Shown here: one piece after another, positions 49,551 to 61,109 of the stretch
How the letters are laid out: every line of letters starts with the position of its first letter
Numbering within the stretch: the stretch's first letter is position 1
Made by a program: the position numbers and the translations under genes
Assembly (NCBI RefSeq): GCF_030144855.1
Contig: NC_082709.1
Coordinates: 148,490,001 to 148,554,000, forward strand
Direction: 5' to 3'
From: Hypanus sabinus
Lineage: Eukaryota
Length of the DNA: 64,000 bases
Notes under the pieces: generated by a model
What the model was told of the DNA's origin: nothing
Databases searched by the model: none
What the model saw: the letters and a program-made list of their open reading frames with translations, nothing else

Positions 49551-52528
49551 TTACAGGTCAAGTCTATCAGGTGGTCGAGTCTGTCGCTGCGATCTTTGTA
49601 GCATCGGTGGAGATTGCACCAGTGACGGTGGTTGTGCTGGCTCTGGCCTGATTTGAGGTGCCAGCCCATTAGGCGTCAGTAATCCCTCATGCGAGTGTGT
49701 GGCACCCGGTATGGGAGTGTCGTGAGGAGTCTGTGTAGGGCTTGGAGTGCCCAGTGTCTTGTGGGTATATACATCGGTGGGTATGGGGTTCACAGTCACC
49801 ATGGAGTGTTCGGGGTAGGGGTCTGGTGCTCCTGCAGGCGCCAGGTTGCGGATGGAGACCGTGTCCTCCCGCCCATCACGTAAGACCACATAGACATACT
49901 GGGGGTTCCCATGAAGTAGGTGAACCCTCTCGACCAGCGGGGAGTATTTATTGCTCTCACATGTTTCCGGAGCAGCACTGGCTAAGACGGTAGGGTGGTC
50001 CCAGTGGCAGACTTCCCGGGAAAAGAGTCGCTCATGGGGGGGTGGCATTGGTGGACATGCATAACAGGGAGCGGATGGAGTGGAGCGCCTCGAGGAGGAC
50101 CTCCTGCCAGCGAGAGACTGGCAGTCCCTTTGACCTCAGGGCTAAGAGTGTGGCCTTCCACACAATGGCATCTCCGGGGATTATAGCTCGTGGTCCGACT
50201 AGTAGCAATACCCCTAGCTAGCAGGTACCGGCGCAGCTCATCACTCATAAAGGAGGACCCTCTATCACTGTGGATATAGCAGGGATATCCAAACAGAGTG
50301 AAGAGCTGGCGCAGGGCTTTTATGATGGACGTGGCAGTGGTATCGGGGCAGGGGATGGCAAAGGGGAACCGCGAGTAATTGTCGATTATGTTGAGAAAGT
50401 AGACATTGCAGTCAATGGAGGGAAGGGGGCCCTTAAAGTCGATACTCAGTTGCTCAAAGGGGCGGGTGGCCTTGATAAGTTGCGCCTTTTCAGGACGGTT
50501 GAAGTGCGGTTTGCACTCAGCGCAGACTTGGCAGTCCCTGGTCATCGTCCTGATTTCCTCAAGGGAGTAAGACAGGTTCCGGGCTTTCACGAAATGGTAA
50601 ACTCGGGTGACCCCTGGGTGGCAAAGATCTGCATGGAGGGCGTATAGCTGGTCGAGCTGCACGCTGGCACACATTCCACGGATAGGGCATCAGGGGGCTC
50701 ATAGTTGTAAGTGGAGAGTTCTATTCTCCACTGCAAAATTTTATCATTTTTGATTTTGCCCCACTGTTGGTTGCTGAACATGAACACGACTGAGCGCTGG
50801 TCGGTCAGCAAGGTGAACCTTTTGCCGGCAAGATAGTGCCTCCAGTGCCTAATAGCTTCCACTATGGCCTGGGCTTCTTTCTCCACTGCGGAGTGCCGAA
50901 TTTCAGGGCCTTGAAGGGTACGAGAGAAGAATGCTACCGGCCTTCCTGCCTGATTGAGGGTAGCAGCCAGCACGAAGACAGAGGCGTCACTCTCTACTTG
51001 GAAGGGAATGGTCTCGTCCACTGCATGCATTGTTGCTTTGGCAATGTCCCCTTTAATGCAGCTGAAGGCCGCGCGGGCCTTGGCTGAGAGGGGAAATGTG
51101 GTGGACTTGACCGGGGGGCGGGCCGTCTGCGTAGTGAGGGACCCATTGGGCGTAATAGGAAAAGAAGCCCAGGCGCCATTTGAGGGCTCTGAGGGTGGTG
51201 GGAAGAGGGAGTTCTAACAGGGAGCGCATACGGTCGGGGTCAGGGCCAATGACTCCATACTCCACGACATACCCAAGTTGAGTGGTTCTGAACACACACT
51301 TGTCCCTGTTATAGGTAAGGTTAAGAGCTTTGGCCGCTTGGCAAAATCGTTGGAGGTTGGTGTGATCCGGCCAGTTGTGACCGCAGATGGTAATGTTATC
51401 CAGATATGGGAACGTAGCCTTCAGTTGGCACTGGTCCACCATCCGGTCCATTTCCCTCTGGAAGACAGAGACACCATTTGTGACACCGAAGGGGACGCGC
51501 AGGAAGTGATAGAGCCTGCTGCCCACCTCAAAGGCGGTGTAGGGGCGGTCCTCCGGGCGGAAGGGGAGCTGATGGTAAGCGGATTTCAGGTCTATGGTTG
51601 AGTACACCTTGTACTGAGCTATCTGATTGACCATATCCACGATGTGGGGTAGGGGGTACGCGTCAAGCTGCATGAACCTATTGATGGTCTGGCTATAGTC
51701 CACCACCATCCTATTTTTCTGCCCGGTCTGAACAACGACCACCTGGGCCCTCCAAGGACTTGTGCTTGGCTCAATGATCCCCTCCTTGAGCAGCCGCTGC
51801 ACCTCCGACTTACTGAAGGCCCTGTCACCCAAGCTGTACCTCCTGCTTTTAGTTGCCACAGGTTTACAGTCGGGGGTCAGGTTGGCGAACAGTGGTGGGG
51901 GAGGGATCTTGAGGGTGGAGAGGCTGCAAGTGGTGTCTATAGCACGGCTGTAGGCATGGTGTTGGGTGGGATGTGCGGGTCGGTGTGTGTGTGTGGTCAG
52001 TAGCGGGGTATGTGACGAAGTCCCACAGAACTGAGGATTTCTGACAGTGATTGGTGGGAGGGGCCCGTCATATTCTATTGTCACACTTTTCAGGTGGCTC
52101 TGGAAGCCGAGCCCCAATAGCACAGGGGCACACAGTTGAGGCATGACCAGTAACGCAAAGTCCCGATATTCTGTGCCCGCAACCACCAGTGTCGCTACAC
52201 AACCCCCCTGGATGTCTGTGGAATGCGACCCAGAAGCCATGGTGACCCTCTGGCTTACCGGCCGTGTCACAAGTCCGCAGCGTTGCACCGTGTTCGGGTG
52301 AATAAAACTGTCAGTGCTGCCCGTGTCAAACAGGCAGCTAGTCCTGTGCCCCTCCACCAGGATGTCCATCATTGACCTTGCGAGCTGGTGTGGGGCGCTT
52401 TGGTCGAGGGTCACCCGTGGGTCGGGGCGGGGCGAGGTGGCGCTAACAAAGATGGCCACCTCCATGCCTCGCACGAGGCGGGCAGGCAAGATGGCGGCGA
52501 CCAAGATGGCGACCTCCATGCCTCGCAC
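49551..52528 (-). pseudogene. Gypsy-2 pol (PR, RT, RNase H, integrase), split by frameshifts
   Basis: LFDTGS; RMVVDYSQTIN..AYPLP; IDLKSAYHQ; YLDN; ESDAS..GRPVAFFSR; HADLCHPG..CQVC; IDFKGP..HSDRG. Confidence 0.9.
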
Positions 52529-53326
52529 ACGGCGCTGCTCAACCCCGCTTGTGGTTTGGACTTACAGGCCTTGGCGAAGTGGCCCTTCTTTCCACAGCTG
52601 GAGCAGGAAGCTTCTTGGGCCGGGCAGCGTTTTTGGGGGTGCTTTTCAAGTCCGCAGAAGTAACACTGCGCAGACTTGCGACTGGCAGGAGCCATGATTG
52701 ACTCGCCAGTGGGTTGCGGGGACTTCACGGACTCGTGACTGGTAGCAGCCGAGGTCGATTTGCCGACGGGTTGCGGGGTCTGCAGCATCCATGAGGCCAG
52801 TGGGAGATCGCACCTGGACAGCGTCAGCCAGAGTGTCGGCCAGCTCGATCGCCAACTGTAAGGTAAGATCAGCGCGTTCCATCAGCTGCTGGTGCACGTA
52901 CACTGACCTGATCCCCGTAACGAAAGCATCTCTTACCAGCAGCTCCACATGCTGTTCTGCCGTCAGTCCCCTGCAGTTGCAGGCCCGCACGAGTGTCTGT
53001 GAGGCCCAAACAAACTCAGCGCTTGACTCTGTGGCCCACTGCCATCGTGTTGCTAAGCAATGTCTTGCGTAGACAGTGTTCACCGGCTGCCGGTATTGCC
53101 TTTTGAGGGCATCCATCGCACATCAGTAGTCCGTTTGGTCCCTGATCATGGAGTAGACCCTTGCACTGACTCTGGAGAGGAGAAACCTGTGCATTGTGGC
53201 AGGATCGCTCACATGAATCTCCGCCAGGTACGATTCGAAGCACGCTAGCCAGAGTTCGAAAGTGTCGCCGGCTTCCTGGGATTGAGGGTCGAGATCCAAT
53301 CTGTCTGGTTGTAAAATGCTCTCCAT
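52411..53326 (-). pseudogene. Gypsy-2 gag with two zinc knuckles, frameshifted
   Basis: MESILQPDRLDLDP...LVRDAFVTGI...CYFCGLEKHPQKRCPAQEASCSSCGKKGHFAKAC. Confidence 0.88.
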
Positions 53327-53351
53327 GTTTTAAAATTGCTGCTAATAAAAT

Positions 53352-53546
53352 TGATGCACCATCAATAACTCTCGGAGACTGGAAGTGAACGATAGGTTTT
53401 TATTAACAGCAAAAGGGGAGCACGACATCTCGGAGACTGAGGGGGGAGCAGTGCCTCCAATCGCCTTTATACAGGGATCTGTGGGAGGAGCCACAGGAGC
53501 AGTCAGCAGAGGGGCATGTCCAGACAGGCATACATAGTTTACCACA
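53352..53546 (-). repeat. Gypsy-2 5' LTR
   Basis: On the minus strand, TATAAA at 53471-53466 and AATAAA at ~53404-53399. Confidence 0.95.
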
Positions 53547-54985
53547 CTTGGGCAGTCTTCCATCAGGCATTCTGAAAACATGTCCTGTCCAGTGCAGTTG
53601 GGCTGGCATCACCAAGGTTGGAACTGCTGGCATTCCGGCTTGAGAGAGGACCTCAGTATTGGAGACCTTGTCTCGCCAGGTGATCTTCACCAGACAATGT
53701 AGGTGACGCTGCTGCAGTTGGTCAAGCTGGCGTGAGTGACTCTGATATAGGCATCACGTCTCACATCCGTATAACAAGGCTGATATGACAACGGCCCTGT
53801 ATACCTTGCACTTGGTGGCCAACCTGATGTTCTGTCACCAAACTCGATCTTTCAGTTGACCAAAGGCAAAACAGGCTATACTGGTTCTTGACTCAATCTC
53901 TCCATCCAGAGAAGCTGAGGATGTTGTTATGCTGCCCAGGTAGCAAAACTTGTTGACAGCATTGAGACGGGTGTCATCAATGAGGATAGTTGGTTCTTTG
54001 TAGCTTGAGCCAGGTGCCAGTTGGTACAAAACTAATGTCTTTTTCAGGCTGATTGTCAGTCCAAAGCTTTTGGCTGCACTGGCAAAGCGACTGGTGATCT
54101 CCTGTAAGTCTTCGAGAGAGTGGGCAACCAGTGCACAGTCATCAGCAAACTGTAGCTCATGGGCCACAATATCCCTGACTTTTGCTTTTGCTCTCATTCT
54201 TGTGAGGTTGAGGAGCCCACCATCAGCCCTCATTTGTAGGAAGACTCCTGACTTCAGGTCTGATGTGGCATCCTGAAGAACAGCAGCAAAGAATAGTCCA
54301 GAGTAGGAGCCAAAACACAGCCCTGTTTTACACGGTTGCTGATGGGAAATGGTTCTGACAACTCACCACACATGTTGATGCAGCCTTCCATGCCTTCGTG
54401 GAACTGACAGATAATGTTGGTTAGCCATGGGGGGCAACTGAACTTTGCTAGGAGCTTCCATAGGCCATCTCTACCAACAGTGTCAAAGCTTTGGTTAGAT
54501 CAACAAATGTGATATAGAGACTTCTCTGCTGCTCAACATATTTCTCTTGGGGCTGCCTCAGTGAGGAGATCATGTCCACTGTACTACGGCCTGTTCGAAA
54601 ACCACACTGGCTTTCTGGAAGGATGTTGTCACTGATGTTGGACACCAAGCATCTAAGGATGATATTCGCGAGGCATTTTCCGGCAACTGAAAGAAGAGAG
54701 ATGCCACGGTGATTATTGCAGCCTCTCGTCTCCCTTGTTCTTGTAAATGGTCACAATTGATGCATCTTTGAAGTCTTGTGGTAGTTCTGCAGCTCCCCGC
54801 GACTTTGTGAACAGCCGGTGCAGGCATGATGTCAAATTGTTACCACCATACAGGTAGATCTCAGCCGTGATACCGTCAGGCCCTGGTGCTTTGTTGGGTT
54901 TTAGCTGTTTGATGCCTGTGATGACCTGGTGAAGAGTAGGGGGAGCATCTAGCTCGAGTAGTATGGTAGTGTACTGCCAGAGGGG
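53547..54985 (-). mobile_element. RTE LINE RT region (right part, host of Gypsy-2)
   Basis: KAPGPDGI, QCGFRTGRSTVDM, FVDLTKA, LQFADDCAL. RMPDGRLPK rejoins DILYGQLS across the TSD. Confidence 0.92.
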
Positions 54986-56364
54986 ACCAATGAGTGGTAA
55001 CACTCCCTTTGGTTTTAAGGTGTGTAATAGAAGAGTACTAAATGCATTGACTGTGAATGTAACATTGCACAGTTTACTCTTGCAAATAATTCTCATTATG
55101 AAGGAAGTTTATTTTGATTTTTAAGACAAGCAGAAGTGCAAGCATGTCCGTGTGCAATGTCAGAACTGTCCAGCAGAGGGCTTTGTGGAAATCTGGAGTC
55201 ATCTCTTCAAGCATGCGAGTGCTGGGCCACTAACCACATGAGCATCCTGGTAGATCCAGACTGATAACTGATGTACCTGTTTCCATTGCCATTCATGCAG
55301 TCACCACAGAGGCTGGAGTGGAAGCTCAGAGTGCAGTCTACATTACAGACATAGGGGTGTTGGCATGATCCCCAGATTACAAGAACTCCTGTGCCATCAA
55401 CTGCGCGAGTGTTGCTGAGGAGCACAAATTTTCCATCGGGAAGAGCAGATTAAAGATCTTCTGTGCTGCAAGTTTCCATTGTTCCATGAATCTCCTGTCT
55501 TTTCTCACGGTGATAACTTTCTTGATCCAGCTACTGTAAGTCCACCTACCTGCACAACTCTGAGCTTAACTGAGCCATGGAGTGCCAGAGACCTCTCTTT
55601 TCACTACCAAGGACCCATCTTCCATTGTGCCTTTCTAGTTATTGCACTAAATTCCTGTCTTTCCATACCTTTTTTCGCTGCACAATATAATTTACGTACC
55701 TATGAGCCAAAGATACTACTGTAAACAAGGTTTTTCATTGTATCCATACCTCGCGCTACCTGTGCAAATACCAATAAGCACAATGTGACTTGATCATTGA
55801 CTTTAATGTTAGCTGTCAGTCAGCCAGTCCAAAGTGCTGCCGTTCACACCGAGTGGTGAGGTCTGAAACAGGGCCTTCTTGAAGCAGAACAGTTTGAGGT
55901 CATCTGCAGTGTCCACCACCGTAACGTGGCGGCACTTCACCAGGCATTCTGCAGCAGCAAGTTAAACGATGAAACTTATTGAATATTAAATTGGTGTGTG
56001 GAGGATGTTTCCAAAAGTGAGAGAGTTGAGGACCAAAGAGCACAGCCTCAGATAGAGGGACATCCATTTAAGATTCAAAAGGTCCAAAGGTTCACTTATT
56101 ATCAAAGTACAGTATACAACTCTGAAATTCTTCTTCTCCAGGTAGCCAGGAAATTAAGAAAAGAGTGGCAGCATGATCATCAACCCCCAGATCCCTTCTC
56201 CCTACACAAAAAAAAACTGAACAGAAATGGAACAGGCACATCAACCACCAAATCCCCCTCATCCACACACAAAAATTGAGAAAGATCGGATTAAAAACAC
56301 ACAATATAAAAAGTTATTAGGCTGAAAAATAGTCTATAGTTAAGTCCATATCCAAAACACAGAA

Positions 56365-57600
56365 AACCTGGGTAAATTTCAGAACATCTGGGGCGTTCTT
56401 TTAGACAATATGGAACACCGTTAGGGCCTGGCGCTGATGCCAACTTTGCCTTCTTCACTGCCTCTTTCACCTCAGTCAGCTTGGGAGGGTCGATGTTAAA
56501 TTGATGTTGTGAGGGTGAGGTTGGTGGAATGTCAGCTGGGACAAATATCAGTTCATCTTTAGCTCATCAGTGTGGATGGTTCTGAGATGCCTTTCTACCT
56601 CTTCTTTTGATACTCTCAAGGATCCGCTTTTCTCTTTTGTGAAAATGCCTTTCCCATATTTAAAGGGGTCTTTGTAGAAGTCTGTTCTTGCTTTTTCCTT
56701 CTCTTTGCATCATTTCCTTAAATTGTCTGCTCAGTGCAGCTTCGAGAGCCTCTATTTTAGGTCCTTTGAAGGAGGTTGATGCCCTCCCTTTCTTCTGCTG
56801 TTGCTTTTTTCCACGACTTCCTCAGGCCTCTTCTTTCTTTAACAAGTTGTTGGATTTCCTGGAGACGATGGGATTTGGGGGGAGTAGGCATATCTTTCCT
56901 GCTGACTTGTTCCTTCACTACAAATTTTTCCTTTCTGTAGCTGTAAATCAGTTCGCCCATCTTCTTCAATTTCATTTCTGCTGATCCCTTGATGCCACAA
57001 GATCAGGTTCACGTCTGCATTGATGGTTTCCCACACCCTGCTGTTAGACTTTGGCCATTTCACCAACGGCTTACGTCCTTGCACGTTCTCCACTTTACAA
57101 TGTGCCTGGCTGTGACTTGGACTGCTGCTTGTGCCTGAAACTTCTTCAACATCCCGTAGGGTGCTGATACTCCGTGAACTGGGGGTTTCTTCCTGCCGCT
57201 GAGTTTCATCCCACTGATTTGACCTTCATCTCAACAGAATCTGGTCAACGTGGGGCCCTGGGTTGGAGATTTTCAGGCATTTCTTCCATCCTTGATGAAT
57301 TTTAAGACCACAAGTTGATGTTACTTTAGTCCAGCCACAACTACAGGTCTGAAGAACATGTCCAGCTGCTGGTTTCTCAAGAGTATTGCCACCTTCTTGA
57401 TTCGTTGTCGTGTCCATGCCAAGGTTCGTTAGCGGGAGGTCAGTCAGAGAGTCTTCATGTGCCCCTGCTCTCGCAGACTCTGGGGGTATACTTCTCTTTA
57501 AACTTTCTGTAGCCAAGTGAAGGTGGCTCTTGTGCCCTGATAAGGTGATGGAGCCTGCTGTTATGGGTAGCTAGCCCATAACAGCCCCGTTGGGGTCTAT
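56365..57600 (-). mobile_element. Hero-like (RLE-type) non-LTR element, 5' part
   Basis: N-terminal CSCGW..T..GLKIHQG..KC, VKWPKSN, and pre-RT ASAPGPNGVPY. Stops before the RT core. Confidence 0.78.
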
Positions 57601-59420
57601 TTCCTCCTGTCAGCTGTCGTTCCAGTTGAAACACGGTCTTTCCCTTGTCATCAGCTGCACTTTCATAGCAGTCACTGGTTTTCTCTCAGAAGATCAGTAG
57701 AGCTAATAGGACTTGATGTTTCAATCCCTATAAGTCGGCACTCTCGATGTTGGCAGTGGGCTCTGAATGGTGACAAGGAGGGTAGGTACCTCATCGGGGT
57801 CATCAGGTGGGCACCCTCCTTCTTTGATGTTTCGTTGATAAGCCCACGACGTCTCCAGAGGGTTCAACGGTGCTACCTGGCATCCCAGATACACCCTCCT
57901 CAGTTCCATACCCTCCTGTCTTCATCTTGCAGCCCAGTTGTTGTCTTCCATTTTAATCCAAATCCAGTTACTGCTTTCTTCTGCTGCATTTGACAAGGAC
58001 TTGATTGCTTGTTGGAATGAATAACCCCTCACCCCCACCTTCTTCAATAGACTGGTCGTAGAGCCACGAATCCCCTGCATCCCACTTCTACAGGGAAAAT
58101 CTTGGTCTTCCAGCTGTTCTGGGCAGCTTCAGTTGCCAGTTCAGAGTACTTGATCTTCTTCCTTTCATAAGCTTCTTCAACACCATCTTCCCATGGTACT
58201 GTCAATTCCACAACATATGCCAGCTTGGCTGTTGTGGACCACAGGACCAAGTCTGACCAGAGTGTTGTAGCCGCAACGTCTGGGGGAAACACAAGGTTTT
58301 TTCCCTAAGTCCACGTCCATTTTCCAATCCCGAGCAACCTGCAGAACGCTTACCTCTCTTGATGTTTTATCGTGCTCTGGAGGTTGGCCTGCTGGTACAA
58401 ATCGTGTGATGTGAACATCTCTTGCCAATGTTTGTGAGAGAACATTTGTGGTGATTCGCCTGTGTTCCTAGGTTGATGCCAGCTGTCTGAGAATTTGGTT
58501 ATGCCGCCAAGTATACCACTCCTGGCTGAGGCTCATGGTGCATCCTGTTAAAATGTGCCTTAGTGACCCAGGTGCTTGACAAAGAGAGCAAGCAGGGTCT
58601 TGTCCCCACCACTGGTTCAGGTTCTGGGGTGTGGGTAGGAGGTCATAAGTGGCTCTGATGACAAAACTTAGCCGAGATCCCTCCATCTCCCAGAAGTCAT
58701 GCCAACTGAGCTTCCTCTTTTCCAGGCTCTCCCAATTAGTCCATTGGCCCTGCTTGGCCATTGAAACGGCTCTGGCGTGTTGCTCTGCCTCCTCCTGTCT
58801 CCTCACCTCCTCCACCACGAACCGTCACATCTGCACTGATGTTGCCTTGTGCCATTGAGGAGCCTTTGGGACAAGCCCGAGCCCAGCTCTCCCAAGTTGG
58901 ACTTGGCCAACCACGTCCCTGAAGCGAAGAGCAGACCTAGCACTCTGAACGTCTTCAGATGGGGTCCACTTCCTCCCCGTTGCCACACTGGTGGGGGGGG
59001 GGCACTGTTTGAATAACAGTATCTTCAGATTCAGTGAGGATCATGACCAACCTTGCTTTGGTGCATTTGTATTCTTCCACAAGACTTGCAATTGACAATT
59101 CCAATTTGCTGTTCCCGTACAGTCCAACAGGAGTTAAGCATCGTAGAAGTCCAAGCCACTGTTTCACATGTGCGTGCTGATCATTCTTTTAAGCTTTTCC
59201 ACCTTGTTGATGGGGATTTCATACGCTGTTAAAGGCCACATGAGTCTTGGGAGTATGCCGAACTGGAAGCACCACAGCTTGAGTTTTCCTGGCAGCCAGG
59301 TCTTGTTGATGTGAGCTATGTACGTGATGGTATCTTTTGTCAATTGTTTAAACTGCTCAGTGTCCTCGAGCTTAGCATCATACCATCGGCCCAAACTCTT
59401 CACTGGCAAAATGGAGTTGA
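57600..59420 (-). mobile_element. Hero-like element, 3' part (post-RT, zinc knuckle, restriction-like endonuclease, 3'UTR)
   Basis: PVKSLGRWY, LPGKLKLWCFQFGILPRLMWPL, CSLC..GSLRHILTGC..WRHNQIL, DLVLWS..VELTVPWE..AYERKK.KY..VEVGCRG. Confidence 0.88.
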
Positions 59421-59424
59421 ACAT

Positions 59425-59914
59425 TGGTTTGTACCCCAACGATACCGGCCACAAGACTGACGCACTGCCACCTGGCTGGTCGGAGGACACACCACATGCC
59501 AATCAACATTTGGTCCCTCCCAACAAATCAATGCACACCTAAATTATTGGTCACCTTAATTGGATTATCGCGCCCAGCCCCATGCTTTAAAAGGTGAGAC
59601 ATGTGCCTGGCTCGCCCTCTCTTACAGACCACCTCATTGAAGGTAAGTGCATTGATTTATGTTTGGGAAGGTCTATCGTTTGTCCTGGTAAGGGAGCTGC
59701 AGCTATCCAAGGTCAAGGGGGATTCCTGTTGTAGTGCTTTTCCCTTGTTCTTTGTTTGTGTAACTGTACCCTGTCCCCAAACCGCTTCCTGTGTATTGTA
59801 GTTGCTTGTGTTGACCCGACTTCCCCTTGTAAATAAATTCCTTATTATTAAAACGGTGTGTGTCCAGGCCTCTACTGCTGAGACTCAAAGAACCAGTTAT
59901 TTTCCATCACAACA
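59425..59914 (+). repeat. Candidate solo LTR (~490 bp)
   Basis: TG start, ...CACAACA end, TTTAAAA box, AATAAA about 80 nt before the end, imperfect flanking AACAT/GACAT. Confidence 0.5.
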
Positions 59915-59959
59915 GACATCAGAGCACTGAAACACCCAAATGATTATTTTGGACAGTGA

Positions 59960-60200
59960 TGAGAAAGAATTTCTCAAGCTAGAGGGTGGTGAATATATGG
60001 AATTCATTGCCACAGGCAGCTGTGGAGGCCAAATCTTTGGGTATATTTAAAGTGGAGATTGATAGGTTCTTGATTAGTAATGATGTCAAAGGTTATGGGC
60101 ATAAGTTCAGGAGAATGGTATTGAGAGGGATAATAAATCAGCCATGATGGAATAACAGAGCAGACTTGGTGGGCTGAATGGCTCCTATGTCTTGTGGCCT
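59960..60200 (+). mobile_element. CR1 3' tail
   Basis: tggaattcattgccacaggcagctgtggaggcc...gggctgaatggc. Confidence 0.8.
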
Positions 60201-61109
60201 TATGGTAACACTGAGCTAAATTCTTACACAGGAAAAGGCACGCAGACAACAGTATAGGCTCCTTCTGCTACTGTTAATGGAGTAAATCCCTCAAACAATG
60301 AATGGGGTACCATCTCAGGAGGCCACATCATAGAAAAGGTGTTATATTTGACAAGTTCTTTGCCTCTTTTCAAAGTTTTCAGTACGTACTGTACTGACCT
60401 AGAACGTAAAGGATTTTGCACTCTTTCTTCATTTTGAATATATTTTTAAAGTCACGATTAAAGTCTATTTTTGAAATTAAAGAAAAACAGACACAAAGAG
60501 ATGCTTTAATGTACAGGGTTATTTTGGGCTTTAATTTAAATTTTTATTCTGTGGTGGTTTTTGTGGCCAAATCGATCTGACTGTCACAACAGAGTGAGGG
60601 AAGAGGAATATGAGAGCTGTTAATGGCTGGGGATTTCCTGGTTAGTTGGATTAGTTGATCATGAGTGGCCTGTCTAAAAGACATCCATTTATTTTATCTC
60701 TATCTGTGATAAGGGTAGAGCCTTCATGACAGTGAATCGACAGACCAAGACCCAGTCCAGTATATTTGTTTAAGCCCAAAGGCTTACACAGTAACATTGC
60801 CAGGCCTTTGAAGGAGGCACGCTGCCTATGTGTACATGGGGTGCAGGGAGTTTCCATGGCGTCTCCAGGCTGCTGCTAGGATTGCTAGAGATTATCAAAT
60901 ATCACTGCTACAGAGGATCATCACAAAATGAAACATCATGAATGCAGTTTACATAGCAAGTCCTGAGCAGTGTCATGTACAGCCACACCAGATGGACACT
61001 AGGCAGAGTAATCCCTGCTGCTTGTGGCACATTCTGAATTTATGTTCTGGGTTCTGTGTGATAAGACCGCAGTCAGAGCCAAGCTACATCCATGAGAAGC
61101 TCGGAATCC

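Larger units (their letters stand above)
49296..53546 (-). mobile_element. Gypsy-2: Ty3/Gypsy (Mag-like) LTR retrotransposon, 4251 bp, gag-PR-RT-RH-IN, frameshifted
   Basis: 195-bp LTRs with 6 differences, 5-bp TSD CTTGG (49291-49295 and 53547-53551), PPT AAAGGAGGGGTGAA next to the 3' LTR, two CCHC knuckles, DTG at 52319-52327, ESDAS RNase H, HHCC and DDE-type integrase motifs. Confidence 0.95.

Noticed and set aside
55100-55450. Cys-rich ORF 55207-55425 (-) as a host exon
   Set aside because: No family match, and it includes a YQD..WLVA segment resembling decayed Tx1/L1 C-termini.
57625-57660. CTGATGA-CAAGG-GAAA...TTC on the minus strand as a hammerhead in the Hero junction
   Set aside because: Stem II is only 1 bp and stem I does not pair adjacent to the core.
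57790-57840. GAAA...CTGATGA in the Hero 3'UTR as a type II hammerhead
   Set aside because: The flanks required for stem II (atcaac / ccccga) are not complementary.
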